A DNA stretch of 42,718 nt from Candidatus Brocadiaceae bacterium (GTDB lineage: Bacteria; Planctomycetota; Brocadiia; SM23-32), in the NCBI GenBank assembly GCA_003551565.1, contig PUMZ01000036.1:1-42718 (forward strand), given 5' to 3'. This document shows, piece by piece, positions 32,491 to 41,596 of the stretch; the first letter of the stretch is position 1, and every line of letters begins with the position of its first letter. Below the pieces are notes generated by a model that saw only the letters and a list, made by a program, of their open reading frames with translations, did no database searches and was not told where the DNA came from. Both the position numbers and the translations under genes were made by a program.

Positions 32491-33511
32491 GAGACAGTAC
32501 AGCGTAGGAGTTGTCGGTGCGGGGCTTGTCGGTGAAGCGCTTGTGGAGCTGCTTGAAGAGCGAGCATTTCCCCTGAAAGAGCTGCGGATTCTGGCCACCA
32601 GCTCGCGCGAACAGGAAATCGCCGGGCGGATGCGGGAAGTGACGCAGATTTCGAACGAAGCGTTCCGGGGCCTTGATATAGCCCTGTTTGCCGGTACGGA
32701 AGGTGAATCCGGAGCCGCACAAACCTACGGCTGGGAAGCGGTCGAACGCGGCGTTTTTGTCGTCGATAACGGCAGCGACTTCCGTATGGACAGCCGGGTT
32801 CCGCTTGTTATACCGGAGGTCAACGCCGGGGCCATGCAGGAGCACCAGGGGTTTGTTGCCAACCCGAATTGCAGCACGATCCAGATGGTCGTGGCCGTTG
32901 CCCCCCTGCATCGGCATGCCGGCATCCGGCGGGTGGTGGTGAGCACCTATCAGTCGGTGAGCGGCACCGGACGCAGCGGTGTGAGGGCTCTCACTCAGCA
33001 GCGGGAAGCTCAGCTCAACGGCAGCAGTGCGGATTGCGGTCCCTACCCCCATCCGATACTTGATAACTGCATACCCGAGATAGGGAGTCTGAAATCACAG
33101 GATAAGTTTTCGGGATATTTCAGCGAAGAGATCAAGATGATCGAAGAGACCAGAAAAATCCTCGCAACGCCCGATCTGCCCGTGAGCGCAACCTGCGTCC
33201 GTGTTCCCGTACGCATCGGACACAGCGAAGCGCTGAACGTGGAACTCGGGAAAAAAATCAGCGTCCGTGAAGCGCGGGACATCCTGTCCGCAGCCCCGGG
33301 GGTGGAGGTTCTCGACGCACCGGAGAGCTCGCAGTATCCGCTTGCGGCCGACGCGGGGGGCAAAGACGGTGTTTATGTGGGCAGGATCAGGCAGGACCCG
33401 TCGAAAGAGAACACGCTCGATCTCTGGTGCGTTTCCGATAACATCCGTAAAGGTGCGGCCTTGAACACGCTTCAAATTGCTGAAAAGGCCATAGAAATGG
33501 AGTTGATATGA
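32477..33511 (+). CDS. asd: aspartate-semialdehyde dehydrogenase
   Basis: ORF 32396..33511, with a GTG start at 32477 (GGAGAGGA upstream). It has ..VGVVGAGLVG.., ..ANPNCSTIQMV.. (active-site Cys) and ..SDNIRKGAALN... It overlaps the gcvH-like gene by 14 nt. Confidence 0.85.
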   Translation: MGSSKRQYSVGVVGAGLVGEALVELLEERAFPLKELRILATSSREQEIAGRMREVTQISNEAFRGLDIALFAGTEGESGAAQTYGWEAVERGVFVVDNGSDFRMDSRVPLVIPEVNAGAMQEHQGFVANPNCSTIQMVVAVAPLHRHAGIRRVVVSTYQSVSGTGRSGVRALTQQREAQLNGSSADCGPYPHPILDNCIPEIGSLKSQDKFSGYFSEEIKMIEETRKILATPDLPVSATCVRVPVRIGHSEALNVELGKKISVREARDILSAAPGVEVLDAPESSQYPLAADAGGKDGVYVGRIRQDPSKENTLDLWCVSDNIRKGAALNTLQIAEKAIEMELI

Positions 33512-33644
33512 ACCGGCACCGCAACAGCGGAACGCTTTTGCACGGGGCATCCGGGAATTTGCACCTGCAGCCTGGATGATCGTTCCGTACATGCCGGCCC
33601 GCAACAGTGCGGGCAATCGCCGTTTTTATCAGAGGAGGGATGGA

Positions 33645-34085
33645 GTGAAAACTACAGCAGGACGGGCAAAATATCCACTGCATCACGCCTTCACCCTTAT
33701 CGAGGTGATGGTTGTTGTGATTATTCTGGGCATCCTGGCAACCCTGGTTGCGCCCCGGGTTCTGGACCGTATCGATCAGGCGCGGCAGATGGCGGCCAAA
33801 TCGCAGATACGCATGCTATCGAACTCCATTCAGCGATTCAAGATGGACACCAGGCAATATCCCGATTCACTGCAGGACCTGGTATCGAATCCGGGCCTGA
33901 GCGGCTGGCAAGAGGGTGGATATCTTGAACACTCGCGTGTGCCGAAGGATCCGTGGGGCCGTGAGTATGTTTACATCCATCCCGGCAGGGACGGTCGCGA
34001 TTTCGATCTGTATTCCTACGGCCGGGACGGCCAAAGGGGAGGCAGCGGATATGATGCCGAGATCAGGAGCTGGGAATTGGATTGA
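33645..34085 (+). CDS. gspG: type II secretion major pseudopilin GspG-like protein
   Basis: ORF 33576..34085, with a GTG start at 33645 (AGGAGG 6 nt upstream). It has ..AFTLIEVMVVVIILGILATLVAP.. and ..DPWGREYVYIHPGRDGRDFDLYSYGRDGQRGGSGYDAEI... Confidence 0.8.
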   Translation: MKTTAGRAKYPLHHAFTLIEVMVVVIILGILATLVAPRVLDRIDQARQMAAKSQIRMLSNSIQRFKMDTRQYPDSLQDLVSNPGLSGWQEGGYLEHSRVPKDPWGREYVYIHPGRDGRDFDLYSYGRDGQRGGSGYDAEIRSWELD

Positions 34086-34614
34086 ATGGAACGGCGGCGG
34101 CTGCGCGCATCCGGAACAGCTTTCGCGGAGCTTTTTCACGTTTATTGAGCTCAGCGTCGTCATCGTTATCATCGGCGTATTTGCGCTTCTTGTCGGGCCG
34201 CAGATGACCGCCAGGATGCGGGGCGGCGGTTTGGATTCGGCCGTCAAGCGCATTGCGGTGCTGGGCGAGCATGCCGCCAGCCTGGCCTCCACATCGGGCC
34301 AGATCCATATCCTCAGGATCGAGTTGCGGGAGGGTTCTTTTTATATTTCGCCGTGGGACGTCGACGAGGAAGAGAGCCCCGCGCCGCACGCAGGAAACAT
34401 TTACCGGTTGCCTGACGGCGTCCGTTTCACCGGGGCGAGGTTGGAGCATGAGGAGGAGCACGACGTCCTCCAGGTGCGCTTTGCCCCGGACGGCTGGGCG
34501 GACAATGCGGTCATTGTCCTTGAAGAGGAGGGGGGCCGGCGCATGGCCGTTGGCTTTACCCTGTCGATGGGGAAAATCCAGGTCAGTGAAGGGGATGAAA
34601 TTCCTGATTATTGA
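34051..34614 (+). CDS. minor pseudopilin (GspH-like) with prepilin-type N-terminal hydrophobic helix; start uncertain
   Basis: ORF 33916..34614 carries ..FFTFIELSVVIVIIGVFALLVGPQ... The ATG at 34051 overlaps gspG by 35 nt. An out-of-frame ATG at 34086 sits directly after the gspG stop (see finding). Confidence 0.6.
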   Translation: MMPRSGAGNWIEWNGGGCAHPEQLSRSFFTFIELSVVIVIIGVFALLVGPQMTARMRGGGLDSAVKRIAVLGEHAASLASTSGQIHILRIELREGSFYISPWDVDEEESPAPHAGNIYRLPDGVRFTGARLEHEEEHDVLQVRFAPDGWADNAVIVLEEEGGRRMAVGFTLSMGKIQVSEGDEIPDY

Positions 34615-34656
34615 CCAACGGCCATTCCCGCCACCCCTGCATATTTCATATCCTTT

Positions 34657-36054
34657 TCAGTCTTCGTTGCGGTTTGCGCCGATGCGTCCGGCGTATTGCA
34701 GAGCTTCCTTCAGCGCCTCCCGGCGCGTTGCAATATCCCCCTCCAGCTGCAGGTCAAAAACATGATCCAGTATCTGGCCGATTTCCGGCCCCGGCCGGCA
34801 GCCGGCAGCCAGCAGGTCGTGTCCGTTGATCAACGGTTCGGGTTTTAACTCTTCTGCCGAAAGTTCATCGCGCTTTTTGAGCACATAATCGATATGGTCG
34901 GTCCGTCCCCAGCTTGCCATCGCATCGGCATGCGCAACCCTGCAGAGCTGCTCGAATCCGTCTTCTGCGAATAGCCTGCGCAGTGTGCTGTCCTTCATAT
35001 GATGAGCGTCCTTGAAATACATGTGGCGCTTCACAAGCCAGGCGATCCTGTCGGTCTCCCTTTTTGTGACCCTCAGTCTCCGGCAGATTTTTCTCGTTCT
35101 CTCCGCGCCGATTCTTTCGTGCTCAGGGAACCGTTTGGGGCATTCCCGGCTGGCCGGGGGTTTGCCCACATCGTGCAGCAATGCGGCCATGGCCACCTCG
35201 AAATCAGGGTGCGGCCCCAGTTTCTCAACGGTCAGGAGCGTATGGGTCAACACGTCGCCTTCGGGGTGAAAGTTTTCCGGCTGTTCGCAGCCGCGGGCGG
35301 CTCCGAGTTCGGGAAAGATCTCCGTCAGGAGGCCCATACGGTCCATAAGACGCACCGCCTGTCCGGGCGCACGGTCGGTAAGAATGATGCGGAGTTCATC
35401 GCAAAGCCTCTCGGGCGTCACACGTGTGATGAGGTGCGCAAGCGCTTTCAGGGCATTTTCCGTTTTCCCCTCTATCTGCATCTCCAGCCGTGCCGCGAAC
35501 CGTATCGCCCTTATGAGCCGCAGGTGGTCTTCTCTAAACCGCTCCACCGGATTCCCGATCGTGCGCAAAAGCCTGTTTTCCAGGTCCTTTTCCCCACCCA
35601 CGCTATCGATGAGCCGGCCGGTCAGCGGGCTGTAATACATCCCGTTGATCGTAAAGTCGCGCCGCCTGGCATCCTGTGTGATATCGGCAAAGCTTATTTC
35701 GTCCGGCCGTCTGCCGTCGGAATATCCCGTCTCGCTTCTGAATGCGGCCACCTCATAGCTGGAGCCCTCCAGCACCACCAGTATTACGCCGAACTCCTTT
35801 CCGACAGCTTTCGTGTTCTCAAAAAGTTCCTGCACCCGCTCGGGCGGGGCGCCGGAGGCGATATCGTAATCTTTCGGTTTGCGCCCCAAAAGCATATCCC
35901 TGACGCATCCGCCGGCAAAAAAGGCCGCATACCCCGCCCTGTCGAGGCGCTCCACGATCGACCTGGCACGTGCGAAGTCTTCATCGTCCGGAACAAATTT
36001 TAAACGTTGTGCTTGCAATGGTCCCTCCCGGGGACGGCATAACCCGCATTTCAT
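34657..36054 (-). CDS. cca: CCA-adding tRNA nucleotidyltransferase / poly(A) polymerase family with HD domain
   Basis: ORF 34657..36054. It has ..FFAGGCVRDMLLGRKPKDYDI.., ..RRDFTINGMYY.. and HD ..LLHDVGKP... An alternative TTG start at 36018 has GGGAGG 5 nt upstream. Confidence 0.8.
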   Translation of the reverse strand: MKCGLCRPREGPLQAQRLKFVPDDEDFARARSIVERLDRAGYAAFFAGGCVRDMLLGRKPKDYDIASGAPPERVQELFENTKAVGKEFGVILVVLEGSSYEVAAFRSETGYSDGRRPDEISFADITQDARRRDFTINGMYYSPLTGRLIDSVGGEKDLENRLLRTIGNPVERFREDHLRLIRAIRFAARLEMQIEGKTENALKALAHLITRVTPERLCDELRIILTDRAPGQAVRLMDRMGLLTEIFPELGAARGCEQPENFHPEGDVLTHTLLTVEKLGPHPDFEVAMAALLHDVGKPPASRECPKRFPEHERIGAERTRKICRRLRVTKRETDRIAWLVKRHMYFKDAHHMKDSTLRRLFAEDGFEQLCRVAHADAMASWGRTDHIDYVLKKRDELSAEELKPEPLINGHDLLAAGCRPGPEIGQILDHVFDLQLEGDIATRREALKEALQYAGRIGANRNED

Positions 36055-36095
36055 AAACCAAAGACAATAATCAAGATAAAGGATGTAATAACAGT
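36040..36095 (+). repeat. 56-nt AT-rich block, copy 2 (partner at 22017..22072)
   Basis: TAACCCGCATTTCATAAACCAAAGACAATAATCAAGATAAAGGATGTAATAACAGT. It covers the first 5 codons (from ATG 36054) and the leader of cca on the minus strand. Confidence 0.8.
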
Positions 36096-36124
36096 ATGAC
36101 GGGGCGCTTTCTTCAGGGTTTCAG

Positions 36125-36154
36125 ATTCTACCGGTGTGCATCGGCGCCGGACAA
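36125..36154 (-). promoter_or_regulatory. sigma70-like promoter candidate TTGTCC-N18-TAGAAT for cca
   Basis: Read on the minus strand, the -35 is at 36154..36149 and the -10 at 36130..36125 (GGTAGAAT context). Confidence 0.4.
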
Positions 36155-36286
36155 ACGGCGGTTGACCTGCCTGCTGCAGGCAGGCCCTGCGGGCGCGTCC
36201 TGAGCGGCGCAATCGGGGGATTTTGCAACGGGACAATACTCAAAATTCCATTTGATCCTGCCGGTGGCCGAGCTTCTCCGCCGTCT

Positions 36287-37876
36287 TCAATCGAGCCGGC
36301 ACAGGTGGACAGTGTTGACAAAATCAAGGCGCCGGATCGCTTCCATGGCCTTTTCGGCCGGTTTGGCATCCACGCTGAAGGCCAGAACGGCCTTTTTCTC
36401 CTCCGTTTTTTGGCCCACACCCATCGTCTGGATGTTGATACCGTGCCGGCCGAGTATGGTGCCCACCGCCCCGATAACGCCGGGCTTGTCGTCGTTAAAT
36501 ATGATCATGACGGTATCGGCCGGTGTCATCTCGATATCGAAGCCGTTGATGCCGATAATGCGCATGATATTCTCGCTCAGCACCGTGCCGGTGATCGTTG
36601 TTTCGCCGGCGGGGTTGCTGATGCAGGCGCCGAACTCGGAGGCGAAGTCGCGCGGTTCGGTGTTCTTCACCTCTTCCACGCTGATACCCCGCTCCCTGGC
36701 CAGCAACGGTGCATTGACCATGTTGACGGGGGTTTCAAAGTACGTGCGGAGCAACCCGATCTGGAAAGAATTGGTGATCCATTCGGTGGGACGTCCGGCG
36801 ATCGTACCGCGGTAATGCACCCGCACGTTCCCGATACGTCCGTCTGCGAGAACCGAAGCCATCATCCCGATACGGAGGGCCAGTTCGCCGTAAGCACGAA
36901 TCACCGGTGATATTGCGCCCGTTCCGGCGGGTGCGTTGATAGCGTTCTTAATCGTATCGCCCCGGAGCGCATCAACCAGTATCAGGGCGGCCTCTCTGGC
37001 CACTTCCGCCTGCGCCTCTTCGGTGCTTGCTCCCAGATGCGGGGTGACAAGGCAGTTGTCCAGTTGTTCGAAACGTTTGTTTTCCGGCGGCTCCTGTCCG
37101 AACACATCCAGGGCCGCCCCCGCGATGATCCCCCCCTCGAGTGCGTCGTAGAGCGCGTCTTCATTGATGACACCGCCCCTTGCGCAATTGATGATCCGCG
37201 CCCCCGGCTTCATCATGGCCAGCTGCGGCTTGTCGATCATCCCGAGTGTCCGGGCGTTCTTCGGCACATGCAATGTCACGAAATCCGAGAGCTGCAAAAG
37301 CTCTTCGAGGTCGTGTTTAATCTCCAACCCCGCCTGCTCCGCATCCGATTCGGTGGCCAGCGGATCGTAGCCGATAAGCTGCATGCTGAACCCCGAAGCC
37401 ATCCGGGCCACGGCCATCCCGATACGCCCCATTCCGATGATGCCCAGCACTTTGTTGTTGAGCTGGTTTCCGGTGAAGCTCTTCCTGTCCCAATGTCCGC
37501 CTTTGAGGCTGTTGCAGGCGGAGACGATGTTTCTGCTCATCGCCAGCATCAGCGCCATCGTATGCTCGGCGGCACTGAGCGTATTGGCTCCGGGCGTATT
37601 CATGACGAGTATACCCTTCTTTGTGGCGACCTCAAGGTCAATATTGTCAACACCGACCCCCGCCCGCGCAATGGCGCGCAACCTCCCCGGTTGCTCCAGG
37701 ACTTTTGGCGTAACCCGGGTGCCGCTGCGGATGATCAGTCCGTCGTATCCGCCGATGACCGCGGCCAGCTCATCCTCATCGATCCCGGTTTTGACCGTCG
37801 GCTCCACGCCGTCGAGGCAACGGAGGGAATCTATACCCTTTTCGGCGATTTTGTCGGTGATAAGAATCTTTAACAT
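36287..37876 (-). CDS. serA: D-3-phosphoglycerate dehydrogenase (long form with ACT domain)
   Basis: ORF 36287..37876 (529 aa). It has MLKILITDKI.., ..GIIGMGRIGMAVA.. (NAD-binding GxGxxG) and a C-terminal ACT-like region. Confidence 0.85.
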   Translation of the reverse strand: MLKILITDKIAEKGIDSLRCLDGVEPTVKTGIDEDELAAVIGGYDGLIIRSGTRVTPKVLEQPGRLRAIARAGVGVDNIDLEVATKKGILVMNTPGANTLSAAEHTMALMLAMSRNIVSACNSLKGGHWDRKSFTGNQLNNKVLGIIGMGRIGMAVARMASGFSMQLIGYDPLATESDAEQAGLEIKHDLEELLQLSDFVTLHVPKNARTLGMIDKPQLAMMKPGARIINCARGGVINEDALYDALEGGIIAGAALDVFGQEPPENKRFEQLDNCLVTPHLGASTEEAQAEVAREAALILVDALRGDTIKNAINAPAGTGAISPVIRAYGELALRIGMMASVLADGRIGNVRVHYRGTIAGRPTEWITNSFQIGLLRTYFETPVNMVNAPLLARERGISVEEVKNTEPRDFASEFGACISNPAGETTITGTVLSENIMRIIGINGFDIEMTPADTVMIIFNDDKPGVIGAVGTILGRHGINIQTMGVGQKTEEKKAVLAFSVDAKPAEKAMEAIRRLDFVNTVHLCRLD

Positions 37877-37945
37877 AACCTTCTTTCTCCATGGCCTTTG
37901 AGCGTGAGTGAGTATTCATTAAGCCACGTCAATCAACGGTGACCT

Positions 37946-37980
37946 GGTATCGGTATCGCTATCGGGATCGGGATCGGGAC
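37946..37980. repeat. hexanucleotide tandem repeat (NNNATC)x6: GGTATC GGTATC GCTATC GGGATC GGGATC GGGAC
   Basis: Read directly from the sequence. A shorter inverted counterpart CGATACCGATTTCGATAGC lies at 38280..38298. Confidence 0.8.
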
Positions 37981-38011
37981 CGCGTAAATATTCAGTCAAC
38001 GACGTCGTTTC

Positions 38012-38225
38012 CCCACCGTGCCCTGTGCCGAAGGGATGAAGTTTATCTGCTACAGCAGGCATAACCGACACGTTCCGCCCCGCCCCTCCGTCGCCTGGAC
38101 TGTCATCGACCCTTCATTTCAAGTGGTATACGGGGCGCCGGAGGAGCAGGCAAAAGCACGGCTGAGGTCTGGAATGCCGACACTTCGCTCTGAATACTTA
38201 TCCCACAGGCACAGGGCACGGTGGG
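38012..38225. repeat. MITE-like unit bounded by a perfect 18-bp inverted repeat (CCCACCGTGCCCTGTGCC / GGCACAGGGCACGGTGGG)
   Basis: Arms are at 38012..38029 and 38208..38225, separated by 178 nt. Partial complementarity continues inward (GGGAT..AAGT). Confidence 0.65.
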
Positions 38226-38385
38226 AATGAGCTGGTGCAGTTCACGGAGTGCTTACCCCTTGTCGTTCAATTCCGGCTTCGATACCGATTTCGATAGCAA
38301 TCATTGCCCGCAGCTCCCGATTCTGAGCGTTGTTCACCGGGGGCTTACGAGCCTGATTATAATACTTCTCCCGGGTTACCACAAG

Positions 38386-38414
38386 TTGCCGGGGAAAAAA
38401 CAATATGGTAGAAT
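38386..38414 (+). promoter_or_regulatory. sigma70-like promoter candidate TTGCCG-N17-TAGAAT with extended -10 (TGgTAGAAT)
   Basis: The -35 is at 38386..38391, TG at 38406..38407 and the -10 at 38409..38414. It is about 155 nt upstream of the TTG start at 38568. Confidence 0.45.
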
Positions 38415-38567
38415 GGCGGAAGCGTGTCTGCAGCAGCAAGACGGCTTGTAGCGGCGGCCGGAGCCCGGACTTTATGAAAAAGGGCATGGATAACAAACGT
38501 CGCCACAACAAATAGCAACTGTTTTAGTTAGCCCCCATATTACATAAACCAATCCAGGAGGTTTCAG

Positions 38568-40118
38568 TTGGTTAACAGCGTGCAAGAGTGCGATGCCGGT
38601 GGGGAAGAGGAAATTCTGCTCAGCAGTTCTTCTCCTGCGTACCGCTGCTTTGACCGACTCTGGCGCCATCGATTTGTGTTCGTAGCTGTTCTGGACTTTT
38701 GCCTCGTCCTCGTCGCTCTCAGGTTGACCTTTTTTCTTCGTTACAACTTTGACTGGCCTTTACTGCGCTCTTTCCCCTCGCCCGACTTTATGCCGCTTTT
38801 ACGCTGGAGTATGATTTTAGGATTTGTATGGATACTGTCTATCTGGCGCGAAGGCGGTTATCGGGGTGGTATGCGGGGCGTTGCCTCACGTTTGAACATC
38901 CTTCGTTCAGTGATTGTGGGGGGATTCTATGCGCTGGTTCTGCTTCTGGCGATCTCTTTTCTGCACCGGGATTTGCATCTGTCCCGTGCCGTTTATGTGG
39001 GAACCGGACTTTTCGGCGTTTTGTTTATGCTTGCCCTCAGGGTCGGTATATGCTGTTTGGAAAAATCAATCCACAGGCGCGGGCTTCTGACGCGGAAAAT
39101 AGCTCTTGCCGGAAGCTGTGACCATTTGCGCGAATTCCTCAATAAACTGCGGGCCGATGACAAACATGCGGAGGTTGCCGGCGTGTTGCAGTGGGAGGTC
39201 GACGGCTCTGCGCATCAAACCGTGCCGGAGTTCGCCAATTATCCGGTCTATGAAACCCTCCGGGATTTGCCGGAATTTTACCGTGACAGGCCGTTCGATG
39301 AGCTTTTTTTGGCTCCTTCCGTCTGTCATGGAGACCGGGGAAAGGAACTGAAGGAGCAACTGCCATTTGTTTTAGAGTTTTGCGAACGTCGGGGAATATC
39401 GCTTTACTGTATTCCTCCCTCCCATGCGGCATCCGTCGTTCTGACAGAAGCCGGCACTTTTTACGGCACTCCCATTCAGCAGCTCCGGCCGGTTTCGATC
39501 AGCAAACCACAACAAGCCGTCAAGCGAAGCATGGATGTTGCCGTCTCCTGCTCCGCATTGATCCTGGGCGCCCCGATCTGGCTGGCAATATGCGCTGCGG
39601 TTAAATTCACGTCGCCCGGTCCCGTTTTTTACGGACAGGAACGGTTGAAGCGAAATGGGAAACTCTTTACTGCATGGAAGTTTCGAACGATGGTGGAGAA
39701 TGCCGATGATGTTCTTGAGGGATATCTTGACCGCCACCCTGAGCTCAGGTCGGAATGGGAAAAACATCACAAACTCAAAGATGATCCGCGCGTGACTTTT
39801 ACCGGCAGAATTCTCAGAAAATTCAGTCTTGATGAATTGCCCCAGTTCTGGAACGTGTTAAAAGGCGATATGAGTGTGGTTGGACCGCGTCCTATTGTTG
39901 AACAGGAAATATACAAGTATGGAAACATGTACGACCTCTACTGCCATGTCAAACCGGGCATTACTGGTTTATGGCAGGTGTCCGGCCGCAGCAATACCAG
40001 CTACCAGGAACGGATATATCTGGACCAGTATTACGTCAAACGCTGGTCCTTATGGATGGACGTATTTGTCATATTTAAAACCGCTTATGTAATCATAACC
40101 CGGCGTGGAGCTTGTTGA
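38568..40118 (+). CDS. exopolysaccharide-type polyprenyl-phosphate glycosyl-1-phosphate (initiating sugar) transferase
   Basis: ORF 38568..40118 with a TTG start and GGAGG 6 nt upstream. N-terminal TM segments are followed by ..SPGPVFYGQERLKRNGKLFTAWKFRTM.., ..DELPQFWNVLKGDMSVVGPRP.. and ..KPGITGLWQVSGR... Confidence 0.8.
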   Translation: MVNSVQECDAGGEEEILLSSSSPAYRCFDRLWRHRFVFVAVLDFCLVLVALRLTFFLRYNFDWPLLRSFPSPDFMPLLRWSMILGFVWILSIWREGGYRGGMRGVASRLNILRSVIVGGFYALVLLLAISFLHRDLHLSRAVYVGTGLFGVLFMLALRVGICCLEKSIHRRGLLTRKIALAGSCDHLREFLNKLRADDKHAEVAGVLQWEVDGSAHQTVPEFANYPVYETLRDLPEFYRDRPFDELFLAPSVCHGDRGKELKEQLPFVLEFCERRGISLYCIPPSHAASVVLTEAGTFYGTPIQQLRPVSISKPQQAVKRSMDVAVSCSALILGAPIWLAICAAVKFTSPGPVFYGQERLKRNGKLFTAWKFRTMVENADDVLEGYLDRHPELRSEWEKHHKLKDDPRVTFTGRILRKFSLDELPQFWNVLKGDMSVVGPRPIVEQEIYKYGNMYDLYCHVKPGITGLWQVSGRSNTSYQERIYLDQYYVKRWSLWMDVFVIFKTAYVIITRRGAC

Positions 40119-40148
40119 TAAGACACAGCCGACAGCAGGGGCGCCCCG

Positions 40149-40583
40149 TTGCGATTTTTGCTGCGCCGGACCTCTCGGGACGAACTGCCACAGTTTATAA
40201 ACGTGCTGCAGGGACGCATGTCCGTGGTCCCCAGACCGCATGCCGCCGCCCACAACGAAGAATATCGGCATCTGATCGGGGACTACATGCTCCGCCACAA
40301 AGTCAAACCGGGCATCACCGGCTGGGCGCAGGTCAATGGATGGAGGGGAGAGACAGAGGAACTGTACGAGATGGAAAAACGGATTGAATACGGCATGCAA
40401 TACATCCGGAACTGGTCGGTATGGCTTGATATAAAAATAGTTCTTCTCACCCTTGTGAAAGGATTTTGGTGCGAGAAAGCGTGTACTGATTGGCGGGTAA
40501 TAGCTGAAACGACCGGAATCCACGAATTGCACGAATTTGACATCCGGTTCCCTCCAGCGCATAAGCTATGCCCGTCCGGGTAA
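40149..40583 (+). pseudogene. 3' remnant of a second (WcaJ-like) initiating sugar transferase
   Basis: ORF 40149..40583 carries only the C-terminal third: ..LRRTSRDELPQFINVLQGRMSVVPRPH..YMLRHKVKPGITGWAQVNGWRGET..YIRNWSVWLDIKI... The conserved Gly of (S/L)VGPRP is missing and there is no N-terminal domain. Confidence 0.65.
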
Positions 40584-40751
40584 GCTTTTCTCCGCAAATA
40601 TTTCCGTGTAGGATGTAGGACGTAGAATGTGGAACGGCAACGGCTAAACAGCAAACGGCGAACGCCAATGGCAGGGGCCCACAGATTACACAGATCGCAG
40701 TTGCGGGTGACTTCGAAAGGCGGGATATTTATGAAATTTCCCAGTACGGTA

Positions 40752-40780
40752 TTGACTCCGAAGGTGATTTCGGCGATAAT
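40752..40780 (+). promoter_or_regulatory. sigma70-like promoter candidate TTGACT-N17-GATAAT with an inverted repeat CCGAA-N6-TTCGG in the spacer
   Basis: The -35 is at 40752..40757 and the -10 at 40775..40780. It is about 50 nt upstream of the vapB-like start. Confidence 0.5.
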
Positions 40781-40828
40781 ACAACATGCTGGTTGGGTCG
40801 ACTGGTTTATAAGTAAAAGGAGGTTTTC

Positions 40829-41095
40829 ATGATGAAAAAAGTGGGATCTTTCGAGGCCAAAACCCATTTGGCCGAATATCTTCGGGATGTAGAACAAAAC
40901 GAGGAAACTATCGTTATCCAGAGGTATGGAAAGGATGTGGCCGTGCTCCTGCCCTGCTCGGTCGTGGAAGAAAATCAGAAGAAGAAAAAGGCTGCGGAGG
41001 TGCTGGGTGCCTTTGAACAAATCAGAAAAGAGGAGGCTTCCTGTGGGCGCAATAAGGATGTGAGGGAGATGGTCGAGTCCGGGAGGAAAGGTTAA
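40829..41095 (+). CDS. Phd/YefM-family type II antitoxin
   Basis: ORF 40829..41095 with AAAGGAGG upstream. ..VGSFEAKTHLAEYLRDVEQNEETIVIQRYGKDVAVLLP.. shows the Phd/YefM N-terminal pattern. Its stop directly abuts the PIN gene start. Confidence 0.75.
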   Translation: MMKKVGSFEAKTHLAEYLRDVEQNEETIVIQRYGKDVAVLLPCSVVEENQKKKKAAEVLGAFEQIRKEEASCGRNKDVREMVESGRKG

Positions 41096-41524
41096 ATGGC
41101 TCGCTTAGTAGTGGACTGCTCGGTGTCGGCCGGCTGGTATCTACCTGATGAGTTCAGCGATATGAGCCAAAACTTACTCCGCCGGATTATGGAGGACAGG
41201 GATTCCCTTATCCTGCCCGAACTGTGGTGGTATGAAAATCTCAATGTACTCCGGACCGCCGTCTTAAGACAAAGAATTACCCTCTCTGGTGCCCGAAAAG
41301 CAATTATGACCCTCGGGAAAGTTCCCTATCAACCGTATCCGGCAGCAAAAGAAAAAGGTGTCCAGATGCTTGACACGGCTCTCGATAACGATCTCTCCGC
41401 CTATGACGCAGCCTATGTCCTAACAGCTATGCATAATCAGACACTGCTGGTTACTGCTGACCAAAAGCTCCTGTCCCTTAGCTCATCGTTCAATGGGATC
41501 GTTTCCCTGGAAGAAATGGGTTGA
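41096..41524 (+). CDS. vapC: PIN-domain toxin (VapC family)
   Basis: ORF 41096..41524. Acidic PIN residues are in ..LVVDCSV.., ..LWWYENLN.., ..SAYDAAYV.. and ..LVTADQKL... Confidence 0.75.
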   Translation: MARLVVDCSVSAGWYLPDEFSDMSQNLLRRIMEDRDSLILPELWWYENLNVLRTAVLRQRITLSGARKAIMTLGKVPYQPYPAAKEKGVQMLDTALDNDLSAYDAAYVLTAMHNQTLLVTADQKLLSLSSSFNGIVSLEEMG

Positions 41525-41596
41525 ATTTGCAATCACGAATTCCACAGTAGTAACAATCGAGGGCAGAACGGCAAGCAGGGTGCAGGAATAAGAGAC

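Noticed and set aside
37946-37980. Tandem hexamer repeats considered as a CRISPR-like or coding (Asp-Pro / Ile-Pro) repeat
   Set aside because: The units are 6 nt with no spacers, so this is not CRISPR. The surrounding frames are short, lack starts and are not supported as genes.
40584-40740. Short direct repeats (GTAGGA x3, AACGG x3) and a CACAGATTACACAGAT motif between the transferase remnant and vapB
   Set aside because: They are too short and irregular to define an element. This is probably degenerate remnant sequence at the recombination junction.
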